64,000 bases of DNA from a virus. Its lineage: Duplodnaviria > Caudoviricetes. This document shows positions 1-8,135 of the stretch, piece by piece (the stretch's first letter is position 1; each line of letters opens with the position of its first letter). A model generated the notes under the pieces. The model was not told where the DNA came from, did no database searches, and saw only the letters and a list, made by a program, of their open reading frames with translations. Both the position numbers and the translations under genes were made by a program. The stretch spans positions 1-64,000 of IMG/VR virus record IMGVR_UViG_3300021255_000136. One strand, given 5' to 3'.

Positions 1-2
1 CG

Positions 3-122
3 AAAGGAATAAAGGACTCATGGGATGCGGAATCAAGTAGACGCTGGGGCATCACAACCACAATGCACATGTGCCACCTCGACCAGACCGCAAGATCATT
101 CATGACTCGGTATAACAGATAA
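3..122 (+). CDS. partial hypothetical protein (5' end outside window)
   Basis: Open frame from window edge (KGIKDSWDAESSRRWG...) to TAA 120-122, followed by the AAGGAGG SD of the next gene. Confidence 0.45.
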   Translation, partial: KGIKDSWDAESSRRWGITTTMHMCHLDQTARSFMTRYNR

Positions 123-135
123 GGAGGATATAGAA

Positions 136-471
136 ATGAACAACGACTATATGGAAAGAGCACGTAAAGCAATCGACGAGAAGACTCTCTACCCCTACGC
201 AATAGCAATGACCGTCGTCCCGCTGAAAACAGATAGACTGACAGCAAGATACTTAAACCTGCGTAGTTCCTTATTCGACACAGTACTATGGAACTACCTC
301 CATGAAAACTACGGCAGAAAATTCAGAAGTGACTATACCAAAGAGCAACTCAAAGAAGCAGAGGACGTAGCACTGGCTGCATTGGAAGACACAGATATGC
401 ATGACCTCTTTGAGCCAATCGTGAACAAACTGGAAGAAAGACTACACGAACTCGACCCCAAAAACTACTAA
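136..471 (+). CDS. hypothetical early protein (111 aa)
   Basis: AAGGAGG SD; tightly packed with neighbours. Confidence 0.8.
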   Translation: MNNDYMERARKAIDEKTLYPYAIAMTVVPLKTDRLTARYLNLRSSLFDTVLWNYLHENYGRKFRSDYTKEQLKEAEDVALAALEDTDMHDLFEPIVNKLEERLHELDPKNY

Positions 472-486
472 CAGGAGGAACTGATA

Positions 487-810
487 ATGATATACGTTGA
501 CACAATCTTTGACGCACCCATCCCTGCATCTGATGCAGAAGACACGATCAACTGGTGGATAGCAACAGCCGCCGGAGAGATCGAATACCAGACCGGAGTA
601 GAGATAAGCACGGATGAGATCATGCAGGAATTCGCTGACAACGAATGGCTGTACCTCTCAGAGAATGATGACGGCATAGAGCTGATTGACATGCAGATCG
701 CTGAGGATTGCCTTAACGATATCATGTACAAGATGATAAGAGATATCGAGGAAGAACAGGAAGAACCCAAAGCCAAGACAGCAACACCGAAAGCGAGGAT
801 GCCGAAATGA
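487..810 (+). CDS. acidic hypothetical protein (107 aa)
   Basis: AGGAGG SD; ATGA overlap with next gene. Confidence 0.8.
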   Translation: MIYVDTIFDAPIPASDAEDTINWWIATAAGEIEYQTGVEISTDEIMQEFADNEWLYLSENDDGIELIDMQIAEDCLNDIMYKMIRDIEEEQEEPKAKTATPKARMPK

Positions 811-1097
811 GATACTTCGCCAGTATAAATAACGTCTTCACACAAGACGATGCCTACTATGACTACAAGGCATTCATGGGATACGTAGAAGACCCAGAGT
901 ACAAAGACATGGACTTCGAAACATGGCTTGATGAGTATTACATCGACGGCTATGAGATAAACGAAATCACGGAAGAAGAATACATTGAACGCAGAGCAGA
1001 AGAGGAAGAACCAGACTGGATTGACGGAGCACCAAACTACGACAAGTACCCTGGCCTCACAACAGAGCAGGTCTTGGTAATGTACAACATAGATTAA
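807..1097 (+). CDS. acidic, Tyr-rich hypothetical protein (96 aa)
   Basis: ATGA coupling to upstream gene. Confidence 0.8.
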   Translation: MRYFASINNVFTQDDAYYDYKAFMGYVEDPEYKDMDFETWLDEYYIDGYEINEITEEEYIERRAEEEEPDWIDGAPNYDKYPGLTTEQVLVMYNID

Positions 1098-1111
1098 TAG
1101 GAGGACTAACC

Positions 1112-1411
1112 ATGATCAACCAAGAACTGGAAACAATCCTTTGGGATGCACTGTCCACGGCTGAAGCATATGGCCGCAGGGAAATCGCCAACGTCTACAA
1201 GCGACTCGTTCATCCCTGCAAAGTGCAGAAGAACCCAGTCGATATGGGAACCTGCACCAAGGTACTGAAGAGAAAAGCACAGGCCTACTGCAATGTAGAT
1301 GAGAATCTCTCAAAGTATTACTACTATCTGTGGGATAACTCCTTCGGTGGAGTATGGGATCTCACTGATGACGACCGAAAAATATTCTTTAAAATTACTG
1401 AGGAGGACTGA
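1112..1411 (+). CDS. hypothetical protein (99 aa)
   Basis: AGGAGGACTAACC-ATG SD. Confidence 0.8.
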   Translation: MINQELETILWDALSTAEAYGRREIANVYKRLVHPCKVQKNPVDMGTCTKVLKRKAQAYCNVDENLSKYYYYLWDNSFGGVWDLTDDDRKIFFKITEED

Positions 1412-1414
1412 CCA

Positions 1415-1927
1415 ATGAATAACTACGTATCCCTTACCGACCACGAGTACACCTCCAAGTGGGGACTCACCGATCTGTATCCGGAGGCTGAGGAAAAACT
1501 CAGAGAACTCCTCGCTTCCGGAGAGGACTTCATCACCGACTGGTGCGGATGCAAAAAGGAAATCCGCTATGCCCAGTACGAAGCTAAGGGAGATCTGCTT
1601 ACCATCACTGTCCATGCACACATGGACGATCTTTATGACTCAACCGATCTTCTCTATGACGCTGCCTGGGCAGCAGGTATACCGGAAGACTGGGAGATCG
1701 AAGACGCATTCATAACCGCTATCCACGAAGTCTGTGCTGACGACGGACTGGATGACTACGCTGAAGCAATAGCTGTTCTCCCAAGGACTGCATCCTATGA
1801 GGAAGTGATGTCCGCCACCGGAGATATGGAAGACGAAGCAGAAGCAACCAATGAGAAGACCTTCAACCGACTGAAGGAAATCGTAAAAAACTACTACGAT
1901 TACTGGAAATTTAATGAGGAGGACTGA
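1415..1927 (+). CDS. acidic hypothetical protein (170 aa)
   Basis: GAGGAGGACTGACCA-ATG SD. Confidence 0.85.
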   Translation: MNNYVSLTDHEYTSKWGLTDLYPEAEEKLRELLASGEDFITDWCGCKKEIRYAQYEAKGDLLTITVHAHMDDLYDSTDLLYDAAWAAGIPEDWEIEDAFITAIHEVCADDGLDDYAEAIAVLPRTASYEEVMSATGDMEDEAEATNEKTFNRLKEIVKNYYDYWKFNEED

Positions 1928-1930
1928 ACC

Positions 1931-2107
1931 ATGGAAATCAAACTGACAACAGAGGACATCCAATATCTTATTCTCGCCCTCGTCTGCACTGACGCAAACA
2001 TTCCCTGCGAAAAGTACAGCCACCTAGACGAGCTGCTTTGCGGGCTCAACAGGAAATGCAAGTTAGCTAACAACTACACCCTTACACTTACATTAAAGGA
2101 GGACTAA
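1931..2107 (+). CDS. small hypothetical protein (58 aa, MEIKLTTEDIQYLILALV...LKED)
   Basis: Read by hand, below the ORF-track cutoff; same SD/junction motif as neighbours; fills the gap exactly. Confidence 0.7.
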   Translation: MEIKLTTEDIQYLILALVCTDANIPCEKYSHLDELLCGLNRKCKLANNYTLTLTLKED

Positions 2108-2110
2108 ACA

Positions 2111-2416
2111 ATGTACCCAGAATACGAAGCACTGAGAGTAGACACCACCTTCTGGAACGACTTCTCCATCGCAGACAAGTTTGGAATCAAAGCAGTAAAG
2201 GACACGTTCAAGAGAGCATTCGAGGAATGGAAATCAGACTACAAGTACCTCACCGAACTGGTGATGGTACTCAACCACAAGTGCTGGGACCACTACAGCA
2301 AAGGAAACACCAAGCTCTCCAACCTGTACTCGGACCTGTACTACAAGGCAAACGACTGGGCATACAGCCACCTCGAGGGAGAAGCACTGGACTTCTACTT
2401 CCACGTAACTGACTGA
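2111..2416 (+). CDS. conserved phage hypothetical protein (TTFWNDFSIAD...YKYLTELVMVLNHK family)
   Basis: AAGGAGG SD; motif recalled from other gut phage/mobile-element proteins. Confidence 0.8.
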   Translation: MYPEYEALRVDTTFWNDFSIADKFGIKAVKDTFKRAFEEWKSDYKYLTELVMVLNHKCWDHYSKGNTKLSNLYSDLYYKANDWAYSHLEGEALDFYFHVTD

Positions 2417-2428
2417 GAGGAGGATAGT

Positions 2429-2578
2429 ATGATAGACATGTATATCAAAGCACTGGCAGCAGCAATCAAAAGAAAAGATCGGAAGGCATGTACAAGACTG
2501 CTCGATGATCTGAAAAGCATGGGCCTAGATGTAGGTACTGCGATGTACCTAGCTATGGTGTACGTAAAGGAGGAATGA
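2429..2578 (+). CDS. small hypothetical protein (49 aa, MIDMYIKALAAAIKRKD...)
   Basis: Read by hand; GAGGAGG SD; fills the gap. Confidence 0.65.
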   Translation: MIDMYIKALAAAIKRKDRKACTRLLDDLKSMGLDVGTAMYLAMVYVKEE

Positions 2579-2581
2579 GCA

Positions 2582-2770
2582 ATGCGCATCGACAACAACA
2601 AAGCTCTAGCCAAGAACAAATCCAGATCGCAACAGTATCAGAAGGAACTGATGGATGCAATCACCAGAGCATACCCCCACTACTATGACATGCCATTCCC
2701 AGAGCGGATGCAGATCAGAGATGAATTCAGATTTAAGCTTCACAAAGAAACAACCTTATGCTATACTTAA
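2582..2770 (+). CDS. hypothetical protein (62 aa)
   Basis: GGAGG SD; operon packing. Confidence 0.7.
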   Translation: MRIDNNKALAKNKSRSQQYQKELMDAITRAYPHYYDMPFPERMQIRDEFRFKLHKETTLCYT

Positions 2771-2789
2771 TAAAAAGGAGATAAAGACT

Positions 2790-3320
2790 ATGGAAATTCA
2801 TGCACCTCAGAAAGTAGACATCACCGAAATCTTCCCTGACATAAAAAAGGATGAAGAGTACGTCCCCCTGCCCAGAGTCAACAAGGAAAAGAAGGGCCCA
2901 ATCGTTTATGCCCCCCTCACAATGGAGCAGGTCTCCACACTGAAGTTCGCCCTGGCCGTAGCAATCCATAGCTGCAAGATCCAGAAGGACCTGTACAGAA
3001 CCATCTCGGACAAGTACCTGTTCGACAAGCTGATCAATGCCTATGAAGAAATCACTGAAGCCGCTACCAAGGCACGTGTCAAGAGAGAAAAGAAGGGCCC
3101 AATCGTTTACATGCCCCTCCATACTGAGCAGATCCCTACACTGAAGCTTGCACTGAATGTGGCAATCCATAGCTGCGAGATCCAGAAGGACCAGTGCAGG
3201 TCCGACTCTGATAAGTATGGATTCGACAAACTGATCAAGGCCTATGAAGAAATCGCTGAAGCCGCTACCCAGGCAGGGGTCGATTGGGTAGACAAGACAT
3301 TAAAAGAACAGGAGAAATAA
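2790..3320 (+). CDS. hypothetical protein with an internal 67-aa duplication
   Basis: AAAAGGAG SD before ATG 2790; EKKGPIVY...AYEEI unit occurs twice (period 201 bp). Confidence 0.8.
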   Translation: MEIHAPQKVDITEIFPDIKKDEEYVPLPRVNKEKKGPIVYAPLTMEQVSTLKFALAVAIHSCKIQKDLYRTISDKYLFDKLINAYEEITEAATKARVKREKKGPIVYMPLHTEQIPTLKLALNVAIHSCEIQKDQCRSDSDKYGFDKLIKAYEEIAEAATQAGVDWVDKTLKEQEK

Positions 3321-3324
3321 TACC

Positions 3325-3552
3325 ATGCCAGTCAAGCTTTCAGTTGAAGCCTATCAGAAAAAGAAAGACAGAAACATTGCCTATGATGCGAACAACACGA
3401 CCAGAGTATTCGTTAGACTAAACAACAAAACCGACGCAGACATCCTCGCCTACCTCCAGACTCTGCCCAATAAGCAAGGCCACATCAAGCAGCTGCTCCG
3501 CAAAGATATGGAAGAGGCAGGCTTTGTCTACACGAAAGAGGAAACACAATGA
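3325..3552 (+). CDS. ribbon-helix-helix-type small DNA-binding protein
   Basis: YDANNTTRVFVRLNNKTDADILAYLQTLPNKQGHIKQLLR: alternating beta strand followed by two helices. Confidence 0.6.
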   Translation: MPVKLSVEAYQKKKDRNIAYDANNTTRVFVRLNNKTDADILAYLQTLPNKQGHIKQLLRKDMEEAGFVYTKEETQ

Positions 3553-3731
3553 GCAGACAGCAAAGCAATTCATTCAACTTCACGCTGCGTATGCACCGGA
3601 AGAAGGACCTTGATATTCTGACAGCAATGGAGTCAGAGGAGAACAAGGCTGAGTTCATCAAGACAGCGATCCGTTTCTACCTCAAGGCTCAGGAGGAGAA
3701 GCACCGGAAGATGGACGCCAGGTACGCATAA
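3549..3731 (+). CDS. ribbon-helix-helix-type small protein, probable paralog of upstream gene
   Basis: FNFTLRMHRKKDLDILTAMESEENKAEFIKTAIR aligns with the upstream pattern; ATGA overlap. Confidence 0.55.
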   Translation: MSRQQSNSFNFTLRMHRKKDLDILTAMESEENKAEFIKTAIRFYLKAQEEKHRKMDARYA

Positions 3732-3734
3732 CAA

Positions 3735-3765
3735 AACCCGCTAGAGATAGCGGGTTATTTTTTTA
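3735..3765 (+). terminator. rho-independent terminator of the left early operon
   Basis: AACCCGCTA-GAGA-TAGCGGGTT stem-loop followed by a T tract. Confidence 0.9.
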
Positions 3766-3792
3766 TTCTATATTCCTATCTAATTAGTAGGT

Positions 3793-4089
3793 TTATCCTG
3801 CACTCTCTTCCGGAACCAGATCCTGCATAAGCCTGTCCACATCTTTCTTAGCCCAGATCACTTCCACCCTCTGACCGATCTGCTCCAGCTTCTTGTGTTG
3901 TAGCTTTTGGATCTCGGCCAGATGACCTCCCTTGGTTTTCAATTCCACCCAGGCACACCTCTGATCTGGGAGAAGGATAAGACGATCCGGCATACCTATC
4001 TTATGCTCGGAAGAAAACTTAATGCAGGGGAATCCACGACGCTCGCATTGGGAGACCAGGTATGATTCCACATCACGCTCACGTACCAT
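3793..4089 (-). CDS. VRR-NUC domain nuclease (phage Holliday-junction resolvase-like)
   Basis: RERDVESYL...GMPDRLILLP...WVELKTKGG.L...QKLQH: PD-(D/E)xK VRR-NUC signature; start moved to ATG 4089 because the upstream extension is repeat-derived. Confidence 0.85.
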   Translation of the reverse strand: MVRERDVESYLVSQCERRGFPCIKFSSEHKIGMPDRLILLPDQRCAWVELKTKGGHLAEIQKLQHKKLEQIGQRVEVIWAKKDVDRLMQDLVPEESAG

Positions 4090-4138
4090 GACGGAAATAG
4101 GACAACACCTCCATAAAAATGTTGAGATCTGGACAATC

Positions 4139-4629
4139 GTGAAGACCTTGTGAAGACTTGCGCTGTACATTTTCTTAATACAGGTCTTCACAGTCTTCAC
4201 AGTCTTCACACTTCGCTACTATAGTTGATTACTGTGAAGACTGTGAAGACTTACTTTAAGAAATCTGCATCCAGCCACTCACCAAGTCTTCACAACTCTT
4301 CACATAATACTACTCTATAAAGTACATAAATATATATATATTTATATATATACGGGTACTTTTAGAGATGGTTGGATTTACTGTGAAGACTGTGAAGACG
4401 TGAAGACTTAGTTTATAAAAAGTGTTTTTTCAGGTCTTCACACTGGGTAATTTGTTGTAAATTGGATGCGTCAAGTCTTCACAAGGTCTTCACAAAGTCT
4501 TCACACTTTGCTACTATAGTTGATTATCTTGCATATTTTGAAAGTAAAAACAAGTCTTCACAGTCTTCACAGTCTTCACAGTCTTCACAGTCTTCACAGT
4601 CTTCACAGTCTTCACAGTCTTCACAGTCC
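4139..4629. repeat. array of 23 GTCTTCAC octamers (8 in a 9-bp-period tandem run) around an AT-rich palindrome; probable replication origin
   Basis: 7 GTGAAGAC + 16 GTCTTCAC counted by hand; perfect 20-bp palindrome ATAAATATATATATATTTAT at 4326-4345; origin role is inference. Confidence 0.75.
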
Positions 4630-4743
4630 TTTTCTCGACAACTACCATGCCAAAAAAAAGGACACCACCCAGACCGACCAAGGTAGCATCCTTCATATCC
4701 CGTATTCTATTGTACCCCCATGCCGATCTGATGTCAAGCCAAG

Positions 4744-5031
4744 TCAAGCTGCGTCTGGTGGTATGATGACTGGAACTCTTCCCTTATACAGTTCAGCCTC
4801 TGTCTCCATCTGGTCCTCGGTAAGGTAGGAGCGCTCATCGAAATGCCCCAATGCGCAATGGGCGAGCTCATGTAGGAATGCATCCCACTGCTGGGTAGCG
4901 CAGAGGTTTGCGTTGATATAGATATTGTAAGTCCCGTCATGGTTGGAAGTAGAGACCCCGCCGATGTGCATACCCATGGGAATATATCGGACGAAATAGT
5001 CTCTGCCCCAGACGAGGGAGCATATCGTCAT
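4744..5031 (-). CDS. ImmA/IrrE-family metallopeptidase (repressor-cleaving anti-repressor)
   Basis: YNIYINANL...AFLHELAHCALGHF (HExxH) directly downstream of an XRE gene. Confidence 0.8.
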   Translation of the reverse strand: MTICSLVWGRDYFVRYIPMGMHIGGVSTSNHDGTYNIYINANLCATQQWDAFLHELAHCALGHFDERSYLTEDQMETEAELYKGRVPVIIPPDAA

Positions 5032-5188
5032 AGCGTGATCATCTCCTTTAAATGGCAGGTTAAGCCGGTAAGTTTGGTGTGGTATGGCTAAGGTTACCTG
5101 CTTAACTGGGGATTAAGGTGCAATAATAGCGCTGTTTTTTCCTGCTGTAGGTGCGAATAATAGTGCGGGTTCAGAGGCGCGGAAAAGT

Positions 5189-5539
5189 TTATCTGTGTCT
5201 CTTCAGTACATCTGCAATATCAGCCAGGGTGTCTATGTCCTTCTCCTCCATGCCTCGTACTGTGATCATCAGACGGGTGGTGGCAGGAGATGGAGGATCA
5301 TTTTGTCCACTTGTGGTCAAAAGTCCGGTGAGTATATAGGACTGGGAGACTTGGTATATCTCGCAGAGTGCGGCCAGTTGTTTAGCCATAGGGGTACTTC
5401 TGTCCGCTTCATAATTAGCAAGAGTACTTCTGGGAACACCGGAAATAAATGATGCGTCTTCCTGCGTGAGCTTCATTAGTTTCCTTGCATTCTTTAATCT
5501 CTCGCCAATTGTACTGCCTTGTACTAACTCGTCGTGCAT
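5189..5539 (-). CDS. XRE-family HTH repressor (ImmR-like)
   Basis: IGERLKNARKLMKLTQEDA...STLANYEADRSTP; GAGGAGG SD before ATG 5539. Confidence 0.9.
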   Translation of the reverse strand: MHDELVQGSTIGERLKNARKLMKLTQEDASFISGVPRSTLANYEADRSTPMAKQLAALCEIYQVSQSYILTGLLTTSGQNDPPSPATTRLMITVRGMEEKDIDTLADIADVLKRHR

Positions 5540-5592
5540 CACTGGCCTCCTCTCTTGTAACAATAAAAAGTTGAAATGTAATCTTTTTGTTG

Positions 5593-5631
5593 TTGAGATC
5601 TGGACATTCCTCTGCTATAGTCTTGTCCAGA
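5593..5631 (+). promoter_or_regulatory. sigma-A promoter for the antirepressor with inverted TCTGGACA/TGTCCAGA operator halves
   Basis: TTGAGA-N17-TATAGT with extended TG; TCTGGACA 5599-5606 and TGTCCAGA 5624-5631. Confidence 0.7.
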
Positions 5632-5682
5632 GTCAAACATTAAATTGTTGTGCTCAGAACATTAGAGAAAGGAAAGTTTGGT

Positions 5683-6501
5683 ATGAAAAAAGAAACGGCA
5701 GCAAGCAACGACATCGCTATCACAACGATCCAAGGTGTTGATTGCTATGAAAGTAATGGGGTAGCTTATCTCCGTCTGGAGAATGTAGCTCGGGGTCTTG
5801 GGTTTACTCAGAAGCAGAAGATTAATGGGGAAACTTATGACAACATCCGCTGGGCTAGAGTGCGGCAGTACCTCGAGTCCTTCGGAGTTCTGAGCCCCGA
5901 AAGCGCTGATCCCTTTCCCGACTACATCCCCGAGAACATCTTCTATCGTCTGGCAATGAAGGCAAAGAACGCTACAGCAGAAGCGTTCCAGGCGAAGGTA
6001 GCAGACGAGATCATCCCCGCTATCAGACGGACCGGTAAGTATGAAGCGAACCAGTCAGTGTCCGATGCAGTAGAGATCTCCGGTCCATTCCTCAGGCAGC
6101 TGCGGGAGAGGAAGGGGTTGACGATAGTTGATGTGTCCAAAGCGACTGGGGTTAACTACTATAACCTCGCAGGATTTGAAAGAGGTAAAGACAAGAGGTA
6201 CTGTCTGTCCAAGCATAAGCGGCTGGTCGTGTACAACTACCTCATGTCTCTTCCGGATGCGACTCTTCCCCGTGTTACCTCAACCCCAGGTCGCAGCTAC
6301 GTTACCTCAGTTCGTAATGACCTGCTCCCGGTTGAGAGGCGCGATTATCCTGCTGGCAGAGTGTCAGTTGAGCAGATCCCCTTCACGATGGAGGAGTTCA
6401 ATGAGCTGATCAAGACGGCAGTAACGAATGCACTGGGTAAGGCTCTGTGTGATGCAATGACCCAGATCATTACTGAAGTACAGAACCGGAACCGTCAGTA
6501 A
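5683..6501 (+). CDS. Bro-N phage antirepressor fused to an XRE-type HTH
   Basis: YIPENIFYRLAMKAKNATAEAFQAKVADEIIPAIRRTGKY (Bro-N C-terminal motif), then LRQLRERKGLTIVDVSKATGV...FERG. Confidence 0.85.
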   Translation: MKKETAASNDIAITTIQGVDCYESNGVAYLRLENVARGLGFTQKQKINGETYDNIRWARVRQYLESFGVLSPESADPFPDYIPENIFYRLAMKAKNATAEAFQAKVADEIIPAIRRTGKYEANQSVSDAVEISGPFLRQLRERKGLTIVDVSKATGVNYYNLAGFERGKDKRYCLSKHKRLVVYNYLMSLPDATLPRVTSTPGRSYVTSVRNDLLPVERRDYPAGRVSVEQIPFTMEEFNELIKTAVTNALGKALCDAMTQIITEVQNRNRQ

Positions 6502-6845
6502 TCCGTAGGTGGCTTGGACTTCCGGAGAGCTTCGATGATAGCACGGGCCTGCTCCACTTCTTCCTTGGTTGCGCCTTGGAGAGTCTGGAGTAGAGCTCTG
6601 TGCTCCGGAGGTATGTTGTCCTCCAGGATATCATCAGTGTATCCGAGGAGGTAGTCCAGTGTGCAGTGGAAGTAATTCGCGATGGCCTTGAGCGTGTCGT
6701 ACCCAGGCTCCCGTCCGAGATTCTCCCAGCCATTGACAGTGCTGCGAGGGATATGCAAAGCTCTGGCTACGTCTTCCTGCGAACGGTGGGCATCTAGTCT
6801 TAGCTCTTTGAAAATGGTAGCGAAGTCTCTGTCATTCTTTCCCAT
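6495..6845 (-). CDS. second XRE-family repressor (CI-like)
   Basis: FKELRLDAHRSQEDVARALHIPRSTVNGWENLGREPGYDTLKAIANYFHCTLDYLLG; AAAGAGGTG SD. Confidence 0.9.
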   Translation of the reverse strand: MGKNDRDFATIFKELRLDAHRSQEDVARALHIPRSTVNGWENLGREPGYDTLKAIANYFHCTLDYLLGYTDDILEDNIPPEHRALLQTLQGATKEEVEQARAIIEALRKSKPPTDY

Positions 6846-6885
6846 TCGTAGCACCTCTTTCTTCAGATTATAATTAGATCATTAT

Positions 6886-7026
6886 TGACTCAAATAGTGT
6901 AACACGTACTGACTCAAAAAGCAACAACAAATTACAAAAAATTTAAAAAAGAAAGACTCAGAAAAGATCAAATTTCTTGTTGCTTTTTGAATCACCCTGT
7001 GCTATAGTATGACTCAGAACGAATCA
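6886..7026. promoter_or_regulatory. divergent control region with TGAYTC-N5-GARTCA operator sites and a rightward promoter
   Basis: Sites at 6886, 6910, 6978 (inverted) and 7010; TTGCTT-N17-TATAGT at 6980-7008. Confidence 0.7.
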
Positions 7027-7072
7027 AGCGATTGATCTCAACGAGAACAATCAGTGTGAAAGGACAAAAGCA

Positions 7073-7294
7073 ATGACAGTAATACAGGCGATACTCTTCG
7101 CGGTGCTAGGACTTGGAGCCGCAGCGTTCCTTGCCAGTAAGTACCGGAAGACGTACGAGTACATGAGCAACGACAGGTACTGGGAACCGAATGACTGGTA
7201 CCAGACCGAGCCGGGGATGAGCGATGACAGATTGTTCAAGTACCACAAGACCCAGATCCAGTACATCGATCCGAGCCAGACAGAGTGGAGGTAG
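7073..7294 (+). CDS. small membrane-anchored protein (73 aa)
   Basis: N-terminal hydrophobic helix VIQAILFAVLGLGAAAFLA; AAAGGA SD. Confidence 0.7.
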   Translation: MTVIQAILFAVLGLGAAAFLASKYRKTYEYMSNDRYWEPNDWYQTEPGMSDDRLFKYHKTQIQYIDPSQTEWR

Positions 7295-7297
7295 TGT

Positions 7298-7780
7298 ATG
7301 AATAAACCGGGCAGGCCTATTACAGCCGCAAATTACAAGCCAGCACATGACTACACCACTCCCCCTAACCAGATACGGAAGTACAGACTGAAGGCAGGAC
7401 TGTCACAGCAGCAGCTGGCGAACATGGTTGGGCTGTCGAGATGCGGGATAGCCAGTCTGGAGCGGAAGGGAAACAGGCCCCGTGACATGCAGATCATTAA
7501 GGCTATAGCCCTTGTGCTGAAAACTTCGGTGCCTGAGATCCTTGGTCTGGAGCAGGACACACCCTGGGTTGACTCCAACTTCTATCTTCCGAAGCGCGAC
7601 GGGTTCTACTTAGCAGCATTCAGACTGAAGTACAGCACAACACTCCGGTACCTTACCCTCTTCTTTGATGCACTGAACGGTGAGTGGAGATACCTCGATG
7701 GAGCCGGTGGTAAAACAGATGACCGCTTCAATGGCCACGTACTCTACTGGTCCGAGATAGAGAAGCCCATCGGAGAATAA
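7298..7780 (+). CDS. XRE/Cro-like HTH protein with a DUF551-like C-terminal domain
   Basis: IRKYRLKAGLSQQQLANMVGLSRCGIASLERKG; C-terminal WVD...LPKRDGFYL...W. Confidence 0.75.
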   Translation: MNKPGRPITAANYKPAHDYTTPPNQIRKYRLKAGLSQQQLANMVGLSRCGIASLERKGNRPRDMQIIKAIALVLKTSVPEILGLEQDTPWVDSNFYLPKRDGFYLAAFRLKYSTTLRYLTLFFDALNGEWRYLDGAGGKTDDRFNGHVLYWSEIEKPIGE

Positions 7781-8135
7781 GTTCTTTCCTCCTATTGATC
7801 CTGCTGGCCTCTGCCTTTTCTCCCTGCCCTTCGTAGTTCGTTGCTCAATAGAGCGAGATTGACTTTGGCCGGTCGATCGTTTAACCCTGCCTCCTGAACA
7901 TCCCTCCTTTCCTTTTTAAATATGTTGCCTTCATATACATTCCTTTCTGACTCTACCTCAACAGACTTTGATATGCAGAAGGGCAGCGAGAAGGGGCAGG
8001 GGTACAGCAGGATCTTGAAGAACTTTTCCACCGAGTTTATACCCTATCGGGATTGCGGGTTAAGAGGCGCGGATATGCACAAGAATGAATAAATGAATAA
8101 TTATTCATGCACTACGAATAGGATGAACACAACAT

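Noticed and set aside
4552-4629. Possible CRISPR array
   Set aside because: 9-bp units with no spacers and no cas genes; DUF2800 is a phage replication nuclease, not evidence of CRISPR.
4462-4828. ORFs with KTVKTV, SSQSSQ and HSLHSL repeats, and the N-terminal extension of the VRR-NUC ORF
   Set aside because: These are translations of the 9-bp GTCTTCACA repeat, which has no stop in several frames; no SD support.
7792-8031. 79-aa minus-strand ORF
   Set aside because: No SD at its GTG start and it opposes the operon direction; the region is better explained as structured RNA, though not excluded.
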